A stretch of 64,000 bases of DNA, taken from a virus. How positions within the stretch are numbered: the first letter of the stretch is position 1; each line of letters begins with the position of its first letter. The translations under genes were made by a program, and so were the position numbers. Below the pieces are notes generated by a model that worked only from the letters and a program-made list of their open reading frames with translations, ran no database searches and was not told where the DNA came from. The DNA is taken from positions 32,001 through 96,000 of the IMG/VR virus record IMGVR_UViG_3300044712_000815, one strand, 5' to 3'. Shown here in pieces: positions 37,274 to 47,865 of this stretch.

Positions 37274-39250
37274 ATGATTTTAATAGACAAAATACAAATA
37301 ACTGTAACCAATAAAAATGTTGGTTATTATAATCAATTGGGTTATAATGTAAAATCTGGTGATATTATTGATGTTAATATTAATCATTTGCCAAAAACTT
37401 CCAAATTAATAATTGATGTTTCCTGTGATGAATGTAACAGAAAATATAATATATCATACTATTCATATTTAAGAAATATCAAAAATGAAATATATCACTG
37501 CAAAAAATGTTCTGGGATTCGATCAAAAGAAACAAATTTAAAAAAATATGGAGTTGATCATCCATTAAAATTAGAAGAATTTAAAGAAAAAACGAAAGAA
37601 ACTAATTTAAAAAAATATGGTGTAGAATATTCTATGCAAAATAAAGAAATTAGGGAAAAATCAAAAATCACAATAAATGAAAAGTATGGATCATTAGAAT
37701 ATATGTCAACAGATGATTTTAAAGAAAAATCAAAAATAACATTAAATAAAATATATGGGGTAGATTATCCACTACAGAATAATTCAATAAAAATTAAGGT
37801 TGAAAATACTTGTTTAGACCGATATTTAGCTAAATCACCATTTGAATCATATTTTATTAAGGATAAAATATCTAACACAAAAAAAGAAAGATATAATGAT
37901 GAATTTTATAATAATAGGATAAAATATAAACATACGTGTTTAGAAAAATTTGGATTTGAAAATCCAATGCAAAATGAATCAATAAAACAAAAATTATCTA
38001 ATATCATATTTGAAAAATATGGTGTATATTATCCATCGCAAAATGAATTAATTTATCAGAAAATGTTAAAAAATGGTTTACATATTTTTAAATATAAAGA
38101 TTCAGATATTTTTTATCAAGGAAAATATGAATTGGATTTTTTAAATAAATACTATGATAAAATAGATTTAAAAAGAGGCAAATCTATAAAATATATTTTT
38201 GATAATAAAGAATATACATATTATCCGGATTTTTATTTAGAAGATTTAAATTTGATAATAGAAATAAAATCATCATTTTGGTTTAATAAACACCATATTA
38301 AAAATTTGGAAAAACAAAAAAAATGCAAAGAAAATGGATTTAATTTTATATTTATAATAGATAAAAAATATGAAATATTTGATAAAATGATTGAACATAT
38401 AGTATATAATAAAGAACATTCTTGGCAATATGATTTAAGATTAAAATTATTAAAAGAAGATATAAAAAAAATTAATTTTAATTATGAAAATTTGAAAATA
38501 TCAGATTTTAATTTCGAATTTATAGAAAAAAATGATATTAGAACTAAAGAAATAGTCGAATTTATAAAAAAATATGAATGGCTTGGTAAAATGCCAAATA
38601 GACCCACACATAGGTTTATTGCGACATACAACAATATATTAGCTGGTGTTATTGTAATGTCAACACCAAATTCTTTTTCGATGATGTTGGGTGAAAATAC
38701 ACAAAATATAGAAAAACTCATTAGTAGAGGTGCTTGTGCATCTTGGACACCAAAAAATTTAGCTAGTTCATTATTAATGTGGTCCATTAATTGGATGGTT
38801 AAAAATACCGAATTTAGATTGTTTGAAGCATATGCTGACCCCGAAGCAAAAGAACTTGGCACTATATATCAAGCTTGTAATTTTTATTATGTTGGCGATA
38901 ATTTTGGTTCTGATAAATTATATTTTGATGTAGAAAAAGATAATGGGTGGGTTAACAATAGAAGTTTTAGAAAATTAAATTTTTATAAATCTTTCTTAAA
39001 AAAGAATAATATTGATTGGAATGATAATTGGAACAAAAAAACAACAATACTTTGGAATAATATACCAAGTGGTATTGTAGATATTATGAAAAAATATTCA
39101 TTAGAATGTATGAACAATTGTCTAGTTAGAAAGCCAAAAAATAAACATAAATATGCATATGTTATTGGTAATAGTAAGAAAGAAACTAAGATATTAAGAA
39201 AAAAGTTTGAAACTATAAATAAAATTTATAATTATCCAAAAAATAGATAA
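37274..39250 (+). CDS. Putative homing endonuclease (KYG repeats + PD-(D/E)xK) fused to Mom-like GNAT DNA-modification domain
   Basis: TNLKKYGV repeats; YYPDFYL..IIEIKS; C-terminal LAGVIVM, ISRGAC, NLASSLL, AYADP...GTIYQACNFYYVG. Confidence 0.7.
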   Translation: MILIDKIQITVTNKNVGYYNQLGYNVKSGDIIDVNINHLPKTSKLIIDVSCDECNRKYNISYYSYLRNIKNEIYHCKKCSGIRSKETNLKKYGVDHPLKLEEFKEKTKETNLKKYGVEYSMQNKEIREKSKITINEKYGSLEYMSTDDFKEKSKITLNKIYGVDYPLQNNSIKIKVENTCLDRYLAKSPFESYFIKDKISNTKKERYNDEFYNNRIKYKHTCLEKFGFENPMQNESIKQKLSNIIFEKYGVYYPSQNELIYQKMLKNGLHIFKYKDSDIFYQGKYELDFLNKYYDKIDLKRGKSIKYIFDNKEYTYYPDFYLEDLNLIIEIKSSFWFNKHHIKNLEKQKKCKENGFNFIFIIDKKYEIFDKMIEHIVYNKEHSWQYDLRLKLLKEDIKKINFNYENLKISDFNFEFIEKNDIRTKEIVEFIKKYEWLGKMPNRPTHRFIATYNNILAGVIVMSTPNSFSMMLGENTQNIEKLISRGACASWTPKNLASSLLMWSINWMVKNTEFRLFEAYADPEAKELGTIYQACNFYYVGDNFGSDKLYFDVEKDNGWVNNRSFRKLNFYKSFLKKNNIDWNDNWNKKTTILWNNIPSGIVDIMKKYSLECMNNCLVRKPKNKHKYAYVIGNSKKETKILRKKFETINKIYNYPKNR

Positions 39251-39281
39251 ACAAATATGAAAAGTATTCATATAAATATAT

Positions 39282-40088
39282 ATGGATAAAATTAATATAA
39301 TTATCTTTTCGAAAGATAGAGCTTGTCAACTCGAATTATTTTTGCGATCAATGAAATTTTATTTCAAAGAATTTGATCAACATATTATTAATGTTTTGTA
39401 TACATATTCTGATAATACATTTAAAGATGGATATGATAAATTATTTTGTATACATAATGATGATAATATAAATTACATAAAAGAAAACGAATATCCATTC
39501 AAAAAATATGTTATATCACTATTAAATCAAGAAAATCCATATACTATATTTTTTGTAGATGATATTATATTTAAAAATAATTTTACATTAGATTGTAAAC
39601 AATTTGAATTGTTTACACACAACGATGATATTTTAACATTATCACTAAGACTACATCCACATTTGACTTATTGTTATGCTGCAAGTCACGTAATGAATCC
39701 ACCAAAGTTTGATTCTGATTTATTATTTAAATGGTATGGATCAGAAGGTGATTATGGTTATCCGATGTCGCTTGATGGTCATTTTTTCAGAACAAGTGAT
39801 ATTTTAACACTCACCACAATGATTAATTTCAATAATCCAAATTCATATGAAAGTATGTTGGCTTGTTATCCGATAAACAGAATGAAAATGCTTTGTTTTG
39901 AAGATTCGATAATTATAAATAATCCTATTAATAAAGTACAACACTTCAACAATAATGTACATGGTAATATATCAGCAGAATATTTAAATGATATGTTTTT
40001 AGATGGAAATATTATTGATTTTGAATATTTTAAAGAAATAAAAAATATTTCTTGTCATCAAGAAACAAAAATAAATTTTATAAAATGA
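39282..40088 (+). CDS. GT-A fold glycosyltransferase
   Basis: IIFSKDRACQL, FFVDD, YPMSLDGH. Confidence 0.7.
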   Translation: MDKINIIIFSKDRACQLELFLRSMKFYFKEFDQHIINVLYTYSDNTFKDGYDKLFCIHNDDNINYIKENEYPFKKYVISLLNQENPYTIFFVDDIIFKNNFTLDCKQFELFTHNDDILTLSLRLHPHLTYCYAASHVMNPPKFDSDLLFKWYGSEGDYGYPMSLDGHFFRTSDILTLTTMINFNNPNSYESMLACYPINRMKMLCFEDSIIINNPINKVQHFNNNVHGNISAEYLNDMFLDGNIIDFEYFKEIKNISCHQETKINFIK

Positions 40089-40234
40089 TAAGTTTAAAAA
40101 AGAAATATTGGTATAAAACTAATATTTATGTTTGTGTATTATGTGGTATTGAAAAAAAACATAAAACACGAGTTTATTCTGAAAAAGAAAAGGGTATAGT
40201 GTTGCACGATGATATATGTTGGGAACACCTTTAA
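40085..40234 (+). CDS. Small Zn-finger-like protein
   Basis: CVLCG...CWEH; ATGA overlap. Confidence 0.45.
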   Translation: MISLKKKYWYKTNIYVCVLCGIEKKHKTRVYSEKEKGIVLHDDICWEHL

Positions 40235-40248
40235 AAAAAATAAAAAAT

Positions 40249-40860
40249 ATGTTAGAAATAATAAAAAAATATGAATTAGAATATTATTTAAAAATTCTTA
40301 TAACTGAAAATGAAGGTAATAATAACTATTATCACAATTTTCAACATATAACAACAGTAATGATGAATGTTTATCATATAGCATTACATGAAGATTTATC
40401 CCGAAAAAAAATCAGATTATTATTAATTGCTGCATTGTTTCACGATTTCAATCATTCTGGTGGAAAATTAAATGATTCTGAAAACATAAAATTAGCTATT
40501 GAAGCATTTGAAAAATATAGTAAAGAATCAGATAAACACAATAAATTTATTATTGATATTATTAAATGTACACAATATCCATACAATGTTGAAGAAGATG
40601 AAAATTTAACAAAATGCCAAAAAATTATAAGAGATGCAGATTGCTTACATAGTATTGAAGATAATTTTATTCAGCAAATTTTGTTCGGATTAAGTAAAGA
40701 AAGTGGTGGTAATTTAACTATAACAACATTAAAAAATCAAATAAAATTTATGGAAGAATTAAAAGTATTTACTTCTACTGGAAAATCTAAATATAAATCA
40801 AATTTATCTAAAAAAATTAATGATTGTAAATATTTAATTAAAATTTTAAATGGAAAATAA
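40249..40860 (+). CDS. HD-domain phosphohydrolase
   Basis: YHNFQH, AALFHDFNH, IRDAD. Confidence 0.85.
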   Translation: MLEIIKKYELEYYLKILITENEGNNNYYHNFQHITTVMMNVYHIALHEDLSRKKIRLLLIAALFHDFNHSGGKLNDSENIKLAIEAFEKYSKESDKHNKFIIDIIKCTQYPYNVEEDENLTKCQKIIRDADCLHSIEDNFIQQILFGLSKESGGNLTITTLKNQIKFMEELKVFTSTGKSKYKSNLSKKINDCKYLIKILNGK

Positions 40861-41095
40861 TATAGAAATTTTAAATGATCTATCAGATAAAATATTTGAA
40901 GATGCAATAAAAAATGGAATTCTTTCTGATATAGAAAGTGATAAAAATTATGCTGGATATTTTATGTATATGTATAGTATTAATAATATACACTATTTTA
41001 AACATAAAATGACTAGAAAATATGGTTATGATTATGATACAATAATGGAAGCGTGTAATTTGTGGTATGCATCAAGAAAAAAAACAATATTATGA
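40850..41095 (+). CDS. Hypothetical protein
   Basis: Overlapping ORF. Confidence 0.5.
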   Translation: MENNIEILNDLSDKIFEDAIKNGILSDIESDKNYAGYFMYMYSINNIHYFKHKMTRKYGYDYDTIMEACNLWYASRKKTIL

Positions 41096-41898
41096 AAAAT
41101 AAAATTAAAATAATAGATCATATGTTTGCCCATGCGAAATATAGTACGGATTATCAAGAATCTGAATATATTGATTGGGATAGAACACCAATATTACCAA
41201 CTGATGATACGATATTCTATACAGATTATAGTTTAGATCAGGTTAGATCAAATAAAACAACATATGCTTGGTTATTGGAATCACCAGATATAACAACACA
41301 ATCATATAATTGGATTTCTAATAATAACAAAAAATTTACCAAAGTTTTAACACATAGCAAAGAATTATTAGATCGGGGCGAAAATTTTATATTTTGCCCT
41401 ACTGGTGGTTGTTGGATTAAACCCGAAGATCAAAAAATATATGAAAAAACAAAAATAATTTCAATAATTGCATCAGCAAAAAGAATGACCCGTGGTCATT
41501 TGTTAAGACATCAAGCTATTCAACAATTTAAAAATATTGATGTATATGGTAGAGGATATAATCCAATTGATTATAAATTAGATGGATTAAAAGATTATGC
41601 ATTTTCTTTAACTATTGAAAATACAAAAAAAGATTATTATTTCACAGAAAAATTAATTGATTGCTTTATGACAGGAACAGTACCTATATATTGGGGATGT
41701 CCATCAATAGACAAAATATTTCATCCTGATGGTATGATATTTTTTGATAATGTTGATGAACTTGATAATATATTAAACAATTTGTCTTTAGATAAATATA
41801 ATTCAATGAAAGATGCAATTTTATATAATTTTTTTATGGCAAAACAATATAGAATAGCAGAAGATTATATTTATAAAAAAATAATAAATAAAATATGA
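41092..41898 (+). CDS. GT10-like (fucosyltransferase-family) glycosyltransferase
   Basis: YAFSLTIEN...YFTEKLIDCF..GTVPIYWG. Confidence 0.8.
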   Translation: MKNKIKIIDHMFAHAKYSTDYQESEYIDWDRTPILPTDDTIFYTDYSLDQVRSNKTTYAWLLESPDITTQSYNWISNNNKKFTKVLTHSKELLDRGENFIFCPTGGCWIKPEDQKIYEKTKIISIIASAKRMTRGHLLRHQAIQQFKNIDVYGRGYNPIDYKLDGLKDYAFSLTIENTKKDYYFTEKLIDCFMTGTVPIYWGCPSIDKIFHPDGMIFFDNVDELDNILNNLSLDKYNSMKDAILYNFFMAKQYRIAEDYIYKKIINKI

Positions 41899-42206
41899 AA
41901 TTAGGTGAATTTATAGAAAAATTTAGTCACAATAATTTGATTAGACTTGTGTATAAACACAAAGGTGGAAATGAAATTGTATTAGAAACGTGGGATGATG
42001 TTTCAATGGATTGGGAAGTAAATAAAGGGAAAGGTAAAAATAGACATTATATAAATAATGAAGTGCTTGGATTGGCTTCAATTTGTGGGATAGGTCATTA
42101 TCCTGAAGCAATAAATATTATTATTGAAAGATTAGATAATCAACCATTTATTGATGAAATTATTGATGAAAGTAATTATAATTGTACTATGAATAATTAT
42201 GAATGA
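41895..42206 (+). CDS. Hypothetical protein
   Basis: ATGA overlap. Confidence 0.55.
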   Translation: MKLGEFIEKFSHNNLIRLVYKHKGGNEIVLETWDDVSMDWEVNKGKGKNRHYINNEVLGLASICGIGHYPEAINIIIERLDNQPFIDEIIDESNYNCTMNNYE

Positions 42207-42960
42207 TTTTAAAAAAATAATGGACAATTATATTAACAATAGTCCAATATGGACTATGTTAGAAGATAATTTCAATAAATATTATATTGAAGATCAAAAA
42301 ACTATAAATATACCAAAAAAAATACATCAAACTTGGTTGGGTAGTAAAATTCCAGATAAATATACTAGGATTATTGAAACTTGGAAGGAAAAAAATCCAG
42401 ATTGGGAATATAAGTTGTGGACTGATGATGATATTGAAAGTTTCAAATTGGAAAATATTGAAAGTTTTAATAAAATAAATAATCTTGGGGCAAAAACTGA
42501 CATTTTAAGATATGAAATATTATATAGAGAAGGTGGGTTGTATATAGATACGGATTTTGAATGTTTAAAAAGTTTTAACGATTTAATATATTTAGATTTA
42601 TTTTCAGGTACAGGTCATGTTGATGTTCCTGAAGTTTTTAATGGCCTTATTGCGTGTAAACCTGGTCATCAATTGATGCGAAAATTAATTGATGATATAA
42701 AGGTTATTGATACTAATGATTTTAATAAAATAATATCATTAACAGGACCTAAATATTTTTCTAGTAAATTATTCGAATGGATTAAAGATAATCCTACTGA
42801 TAAAATTGTTGTTTTTCCGACTAAATTTTTTTATCCATTTCCAGCTGAACATAGATTTATGATTAGAAATGATGATGAAAATAGTCGTAATATAGTTAAC
42901 CAATTTAATACGGAAAAATCATATTGTACCCATTTATGGTATACTAGTTGGCAAAAATAA
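42199..42960 (+). CDS. GT32 / DXD-motif glycosyltransferase
   Basis: IPKKIHQTW, DILRYEILYREGGLYIDTD, TGP, HLWYTSW. Confidence 0.88.
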   Translation: MNDFKKIMDNYINNSPIWTMLEDNFNKYYIEDQKTINIPKKIHQTWLGSKIPDKYTRIIETWKEKNPDWEYKLWTDDDIESFKLENIESFNKINNLGAKTDILRYEILYREGGLYIDTDFECLKSFNDLIYLDLFSGTGHVDVPEVFNGLIACKPGHQLMRKLIDDIKVIDTNDFNKIISLTGPKYFSSKLFEWIKDNPTDKIVVFPTKFFYPFPAEHRFMIRNDDENSRNIVNQFNTEKSYCTHLWYTSWQK

Positions 42961-42968
42961 TTAAAATT

Positions 42969-43301
42969 ATGAAATATTTTAAAAAATTATTATTAAAATA
43001 TATTGGAAAAATAGAATATATTGTTACAATAACTAATACGGGTGGTGAAATTGAAAAATATTGTTTTTATAAAACAAAAGATCTTGATGTTTTTGTAAAT
43101 GAAATTAATGCTGAAATATATTGGATGGTAGAAAAAATAGAAAAAATTAAAAGATTTGATTTTAAATATAATAAAGAAATAATACATACCCCATTGTGGT
43201 TTCAAAATACTTTTACAGAAAAATATAAATTGGATGATTGTGAATATAGCTTTTTTATGGGCGATGATAGTTTACAAAATATTAAACGTACAAACCGATG
43301 A
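42969..43301 (+). CDS. Hypothetical protein
   Basis: Operon ORF. Confidence 0.5.
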   Translation: MKYFKKLLLKYIGKIEYIVTITNTGGEIEKYCFYKTKDLDVFVNEINAEIYWMVEKIEKIKRFDFKYNKEIIHTPLWFQNTFTEKYKLDDCEYSFFMGDDSLQNIKRTNR

Positions 43302-43528
43302 AAAATGACCAAATGGAAAATGTAAAAGAAAAAATTGAAAGACTTGGGGAAATATGTGGAGCTGCAAGTATGATGAAAATTGGTGAAGAATTAAAAAACG
43401 AACAAGAAATTATAATAAATTACTTAAAGGTAATGAATGTTATTGAAATTGGTATTGATGGTAGGGGATTTTATTTTACTGATGAAAAATATACGGATTT
43501 ATTTTTAGAATATCGTGATAATTTTTAA
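43298..43528 (+). CDS. Hypothetical protein
   Basis: Operon ORF. Confidence 0.5.
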   Translation: MKNDQMENVKEKIERLGEICGAASMMKIGEELKNEQEIIINYLKVMNVIEIGIDGRGFYFTDEKYTDLFLEYRDNF

Positions 43529-43533
43529 AGGAT

Positions 43534-43995
43534 ATGGGTGAAAAAATTATCGACTATATAAAAAATCCAGAATCAATTTTAGATGATAATAATATTGATA
43601 TTGAAATAAGAAAATTGTGTTTTCTTTTTAATAAGTATGGTTTGAGAACACAATTTTCTTGTATTGGTCACGAATTAGATGTCTTAGGTAAGAAAGAAAA
43701 AAATAGAAAATCTCATATTATTTTTGATGATAATATAACAAATGATGATATATCTAAATTGTTAAATAATATACATTTAATTGAAAGAGATAAAATTATA
43801 ATAGCGAAAGATAAATATATTGAATTTCCTGTTGATATTGGTAATTTTGGTTCTTGGATAAGGATTTTAAATAATGAAGCAAAAACAAATCAAACTTGGG
43901 AATTAACATATAATGATAATATTGATTTTCGAAATAAAATTATAAAAAAATTAGAATATTGTTTAACAAAATTGATAGAATTAAAAAATAAATAA
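43534..43995 (+). CDS. Protein with TYW3-like TxxSCxGH motif
   Basis: DIEI...N..GLRTQFSCIGH. Confidence 0.5.
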   Translation: MGEKIIDYIKNPESILDDNNIDIEIRKLCFLFNKYGLRTQFSCIGHELDVLGKKEKNRKSHIIFDDNITNDDISKLLNNIHLIERDKIIIAKDKYIEFPVDIGNFGSWIRILNNEAKTNQTWELTYNDNIDFRNKIIKKLEYCLTKLIELKNK

Positions 43996-43999
43996 AAAT

Positions 44000-44824
44000 A
44001 TGGATTTTATTATAGGTGAAAAATTTATCAATGTGGGAGATTCAATATTTTCAACAAATCGTGTTGAAATTAATAATGAAGATTACAATAAACGTGTTAA
44101 TACGTTTGATACAGAAAAGTTAACTGATATCAATATCGTATATCTTCATACAATGTATAAAAATCAATTTTTTCATAGAATAAAAAATTTAGACAATAAA
44201 TTTGTTGTAGTTACACATAATAGTGACTTGAATATAAACGAAGTTGATAATTTACCAAATAATGTGATAAAATGGTTCGCACAAAATGTTAATTGTGTTG
44301 ATGATAGATTAGAATCTATTCCAATAGGATTAGAAAACAGTATTTGGTATTCATACATTGAAAAACCAAAAAAAATATCTAATAAACTAAATGAAAATAA
44401 AAAAATACAAAATTTAGTATATATGAACCACAATATTGCCACTAATGAAAAAGAACGGATAATTCCATATAGAATATTAAACGATAAATCATATGTGACT
44501 ACTGAATTATGTTCAAATGGTGTAGATTATGAGAACTACATTAATAAAATATATAATCACAAATTTATTATTAGTCCAGAAGGAAATGGTATTGATTGTC
44601 ACAGAACATGGGAAATTTTATATTTAAATTCTATCCCAATTCAAAAAAAGAATATAAATAATCAATATTATACAGATTTACCAATTTGTTTTGTTGATAG
44701 TTGGGAAGATGTAACCGAAGATTTTTTAAATAAAGAATATGATAGAATAATTAATTCAAAATGGAATTTAGATAAATTAAAAATGACATATTGGATTGAT
44801 AAAATTCAGAAATACAAAAAATAA
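44000..44824 (+). CDS. Exostosin/GT47-like glycosyltransferase
   Basis: THNSD, WFAQN, IPIGLEN, KFIISPEGNGIDCHRTWE. Confidence 0.7.
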   Translation: MDFIIGEKFINVGDSIFSTNRVEINNEDYNKRVNTFDTEKLTDINIVYLHTMYKNQFFHRIKNLDNKFVVVTHNSDLNINEVDNLPNNVIKWFAQNVNCVDDRLESIPIGLENSIWYSYIEKPKKISNKLNENKKIQNLVYMNHNIATNEKERIIPYRILNDKSYVTTELCSNGVDYENYINKIYNHKFIISPEGNGIDCHRTWEILYLNSIPIQKKNINNQYYTDLPICFVDSWEDVTEDFLNKEYDRIINSKWNLDKLKMTYWIDKIQKYKK

Positions 44825-44834
44825 TTAAAATATT

Positions 44835-45365
44835 ATGAAAATAGGAGACAAAGTTGTAATTGACAAAGAATATTATGTTCAAAAACACAAAGAAATATAT
44901 CCTGAATGGGAATGTGATGGATTAACAAACGATAAAGAACTACTTGGATATAAGCAATTTATTATAGATGGTAGAGAATTATTAGTTGTAAATATATCAG
45001 CAATGAATTATCGTTTAGATTCTTGGTCACACGATAAATATGTAATATATATTCATTTTTTAAGTGATGATGGTATTAAATTTATGACACAATATGATTT
45101 TATTAAGGATGATAGTAAAGAAATACCAAATATAACCTCAATATCTGATTTGAATATAGAACCTAGAAAAAATACGAATATAGAAAATATCATAAAATTA
45201 TTAAAAGAAAAAAAATCAACAAGAAAATCTACTGAAGATAGGATTATAAATGATATTAGATCAAACAAAGATATATATAAACCTGACCTAGAAGCCATTT
45301 TTGCGTTATCTGTAACAATAACAGCTTTAGAAGAACTATTAATATTAGAAGAACAAAATCACTAA
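44835..45365 (+). CDS. Hypothetical protein
   Basis: Operon ORF. Confidence 0.55.
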   Translation: MKIGDKVVIDKEYYVQKHKEIYPEWECDGLTNDKELLGYKQFIIDGRELLVVNISAMNYRLDSWSHDKYVIYIHFLSDDGIKFMTQYDFIKDDSKEIPNITSISDLNIEPRKNTNIENIIKLLKEKKSTRKSTEDRIINDIRSNKDIYKPDLEAIFALSVTITALEELLILEEQNH

Positions 45366-46010
45366 ATGGAAAAATATATTGAAAAATTATTAGATATAAT
45401 AGACTACAATGATGGTTTTTATATAGAATGTGGTGCTAATGATGGTGTCACACAAAGTTATACTTATGAATTAGAAAAACGAAATTGGAAAGGGATTTTG
45501 ATTGAACCATCAGCAACAGCATATTATAAATGTATTAGTAATAGATCGAAAGAAAATTTATTTTATAATTGTGCATTAGTATCAGATAATAAAACAGAAA
45601 TTATTGGTGATTTTGATGGAAGTTGTATGGCAAGTGTTAATGGTGAAAGATTGGGTAGAAACAATTTGTTTACTGTTAAGTGTCGAACACTTACATCAAT
45701 TTTAGATGAACTTAAAACTGAAATTAATGGTCTTATTGGTTCAGAAGAATTACTAAATAAAATTAATAATATTGATTTATTTAGTTTAGATGTAGAAGGA
45801 TATGAATTAGAAGTATTAAAGGGATTGGATTTTTCTAAATATAGTCCCAAATATTTATTAATTGAAATTTATAGTAAAGATTATGATGAAATATTCAATT
45901 TTTTGAAAAAAAACAACTATGAATATGTTTTAAGTACAACAAACTTTAATAAAATTGATAATCCTTTTTGGGATGGTACACATAATGATTATTTATTCAA
46001 AAAAATATAA
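45366..46010 (+). CDS. FkbM-family methyltransferase
   Basis: IECGANDG, GILIEP, DLFSLDVEGYE. Confidence 0.9.
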   Translation: MEKYIEKLLDIIDYNDGFYIECGANDGVTQSYTYELEKRNWKGILIEPSATAYYKCISNRSKENLFYNCALVSDNKTEIIGDFDGSCMASVNGERLGRNNLFTVKCRTLTSILDELKTEINGLIGSEELLNKINNIDLFSLDVEGYELEVLKGLDFSKYSPKYLLIEIYSKDYDEIFNFLKKNNYEYVLSTTNFNKIDNPFWDGTHNDYLFKKI

Positions 46011-46013
46011 AAT

Positions 46014-46703
46014 ATGCCAAATATATTTATAGTTCATTATAAAAAATTAATAGAAAGAAAAGATTATCTAAAATCAGCTTTACATTTTTTTGTAGAAAGA
46101 AATAAATGTGAATTTGTTGAAAATTTTGATCGAGATTTGATCGAAACATATGATACCATGTATCATAAAAATATTGAACTTTGGAAAGAACGAATATCCG
46201 GAATTTATATAAATGAACCAGAATATAGGGATTTAAAACCTTCTGAAATTTGTAATTCATTATCCCATATTGATGCTATGAAACGTATGTTAAATCAGAA
46301 TTTACCACGTGCGATAATTCTAGAAGATGATGTGATAGTTAATGATGATTTTTTAGAAAAAATATATAATTTAATTCGTATTTTACCTAATGATTATGAT
46401 TTCGCATTTTTTGGAACATCGTATGATATGTCACAATTAGATAATATAACATTTAATGAATCAATACAATATGATCAAAATTTATATAAGAAAAAAATTG
46501 GTATAACTAGATGTGTGGATGCATATATTGTTAGTGAAAAAGGTGCGAAAAAAATAGTTAATGAAATTAGTGAGATTTGTTTACCATTTGATTTTGAATT
46601 AAATTATTTCTTTAAAAAATTAAATATGAACGTTTATTGGTATGATCCAGGTTTTATTTCCCAAGGAAGTCAAACGGGACAATATAAAAGTTCTATACGA
46701 TAA
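46014..46703 (+). CDS. GT25 glycosyltransferase
   Basis: ERK, EICNSLSH, ILEDD, AYIVSEKGAKK, PFD. Confidence 0.8.
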   Translation: MPNIFIVHYKKLIERKDYLKSALHFFVERNKCEFVENFDRDLIETYDTMYHKNIELWKERISGIYINEPEYRDLKPSEICNSLSHIDAMKRMLNQNLPRAIILEDDVIVNDDFLEKIYNLIRILPNDYDFAFFGTSYDMSQLDNITFNESIQYDQNLYKKKIGITRCVDAYIVSEKGAKKIVNEISEICLPFDFELNYFFKKLNMNVYWYDPGFISQGSQTGQYKSSIR

Positions 46704-46717
46704 AAAAATATAAAAAT

Positions 46718-47095
46718 ATGGCAGTTATTGCGGTTGATTTTGATGGGACATGTGTTACGCACGAATATCCTAGAATTGGTAAAGATATTGGTGCTGTGCC
46801 AGTATTAAAAAAATTAATTGATGCTGGACATCAGTTAATATTATTTACTATGCGAAGTGGTAAAGAATTACAAGATGCTGTAGATTGGTTTATTAATAAT
46901 AATATAGTGTTATATGGCATAAACATAAATCCAGAACAATCATCTTGGACAAAAAGTAATAAGGCTTATGCCCATCTTTATATTGATGATGCTGGGATTG
47001 GGTGTCCATTAATTTTTGATGATAATATAGCAAGAAGACAGTTTGTTGATTGGGTGAAAGTTGAAGAAATATTAAAACAAAAAAGGTTATTATGA
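46718..47095 (+). CDS. HAD-superfamily phosphatase (BT0820-like)
   Basis: IAVDFDGT, LFTMR, K..A.LYIDD. Confidence 0.85.
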   Translation: MAVIAVDFDGTCVTHEYPRIGKDIGAVPVLKKLIDAGHQLILFTMRSGKELQDAVDWFINNNIVLYGININPEQSSWTKSNKAYAHLYIDDAGIGCPLIFDDNIARRQFVDWVKVEEILKQKRLL

Positions 47096-47493
47096 AAAAT
47101 AAGTATAGTTTGAAAGAAATTAATTATAGTAGATATAGTACGATAAAAATAAGTACAGATCAACAATTGAAAACGGATAAAGAAGTTAAATATTTAACTG
47201 ATGAACAAATTAAAAATGGTGAACAAGGAATAATTTTTGTACCTTGGATACTAAAAGAACATACGACTGAATCTTTAAAGGATTATAATTCTTTTATGAA
47301 AAAGTATAGAAAACAACATGAAGTATGTCCAAAATGTGGGGCAAAAGAACACATTACAACACTTATGGGTTATCCAATGTATTCGGATAGACGAGAAGAA
47401 TATAAGGATTTAAATTCATGTTTATGTGTGTGTGGTGATGTTCATTCGTGTCACGATAGAATATCTATTAAAGAATTTAAAAATAAAATATAA
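47092..47493 (+). CDS. Zn-ribbon protein with short capsid-like motif
   Basis: CPKCG...CLCVCG..H..HDR; GIIFVPWIL resembles capsid GLVFVPYLM. Confidence 0.55.
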   Translation: MKNKYSLKEINYSRYSTIKISTDQQLKTDKEVKYLTDEQIKNGEQGIIFVPWILKEHTTESLKDYNSFMKKYRKQHEVCPKCGAKEHITTLMGYPMYSDRREEYKDLNSCLCVCGDVHSCHDRISIKEFKNKI

Positions 47494-47495
47494 TT

Positions 47496-47711
47496 ATGGA
47501 TGCAAATGAAATTTTAAACGAATATTTAAATCTTGATATAAAAGAAAAAATTAGATTTAAAGTATTAATGAATGATTATGATAAATTAGAAAAACTTGAA
47601 AAAAGAATAGAAATTGCTAAAACACTTACTAATATAGTAAATGAAAACGGTGAATCATATTTAAGTTCAGATTGGGTTAAAACCAATATATTAAAAATAA
47701 AAAATGGATAA
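47496..47711 (+). CDS. Miniature paralogue of the portal C-terminal (crown) region
   Basis: LEKLEKRIEIAKTLT-NIVNENGESYLSSDWVKTNILKI vs portal LNNLSKRAEIASTLSSNLVDADGKPYLSIEFLIRKIMKF (17/39 identical). Confidence 0.7.
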   Translation: MDANEILNEYLNLDIKEKIRFKVLMNDYDKLEKLEKRIEIAKTLTNIVNENGESYLSSDWVKTNILKIKNG

Positions 47712-47865
47712 GTTTAAAATTACATATTGGAAACACAATAAACTAAACCCAATGTCGAAATGTTTTGAAGTAATTGATGCAATAAATAAAAATAATGCAT
47801 TTGATATTTTTATGAATAAATATTCAGGTTCATATTATTATATTATAAAAATAGATTTGATATGA
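47704..47865 (+). CDS. 53-aa hypothetical protein (not in ORF track)
   Basis: MDKFKITYWKH...IIKIDLI; fills the gap and overlaps both neighbours. Confidence 0.45.
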   Translation: MDKFKITYWKHNKLNPMSKCFEVIDAINKNNAFDIFMNKYSGSYYYIIKIDLI

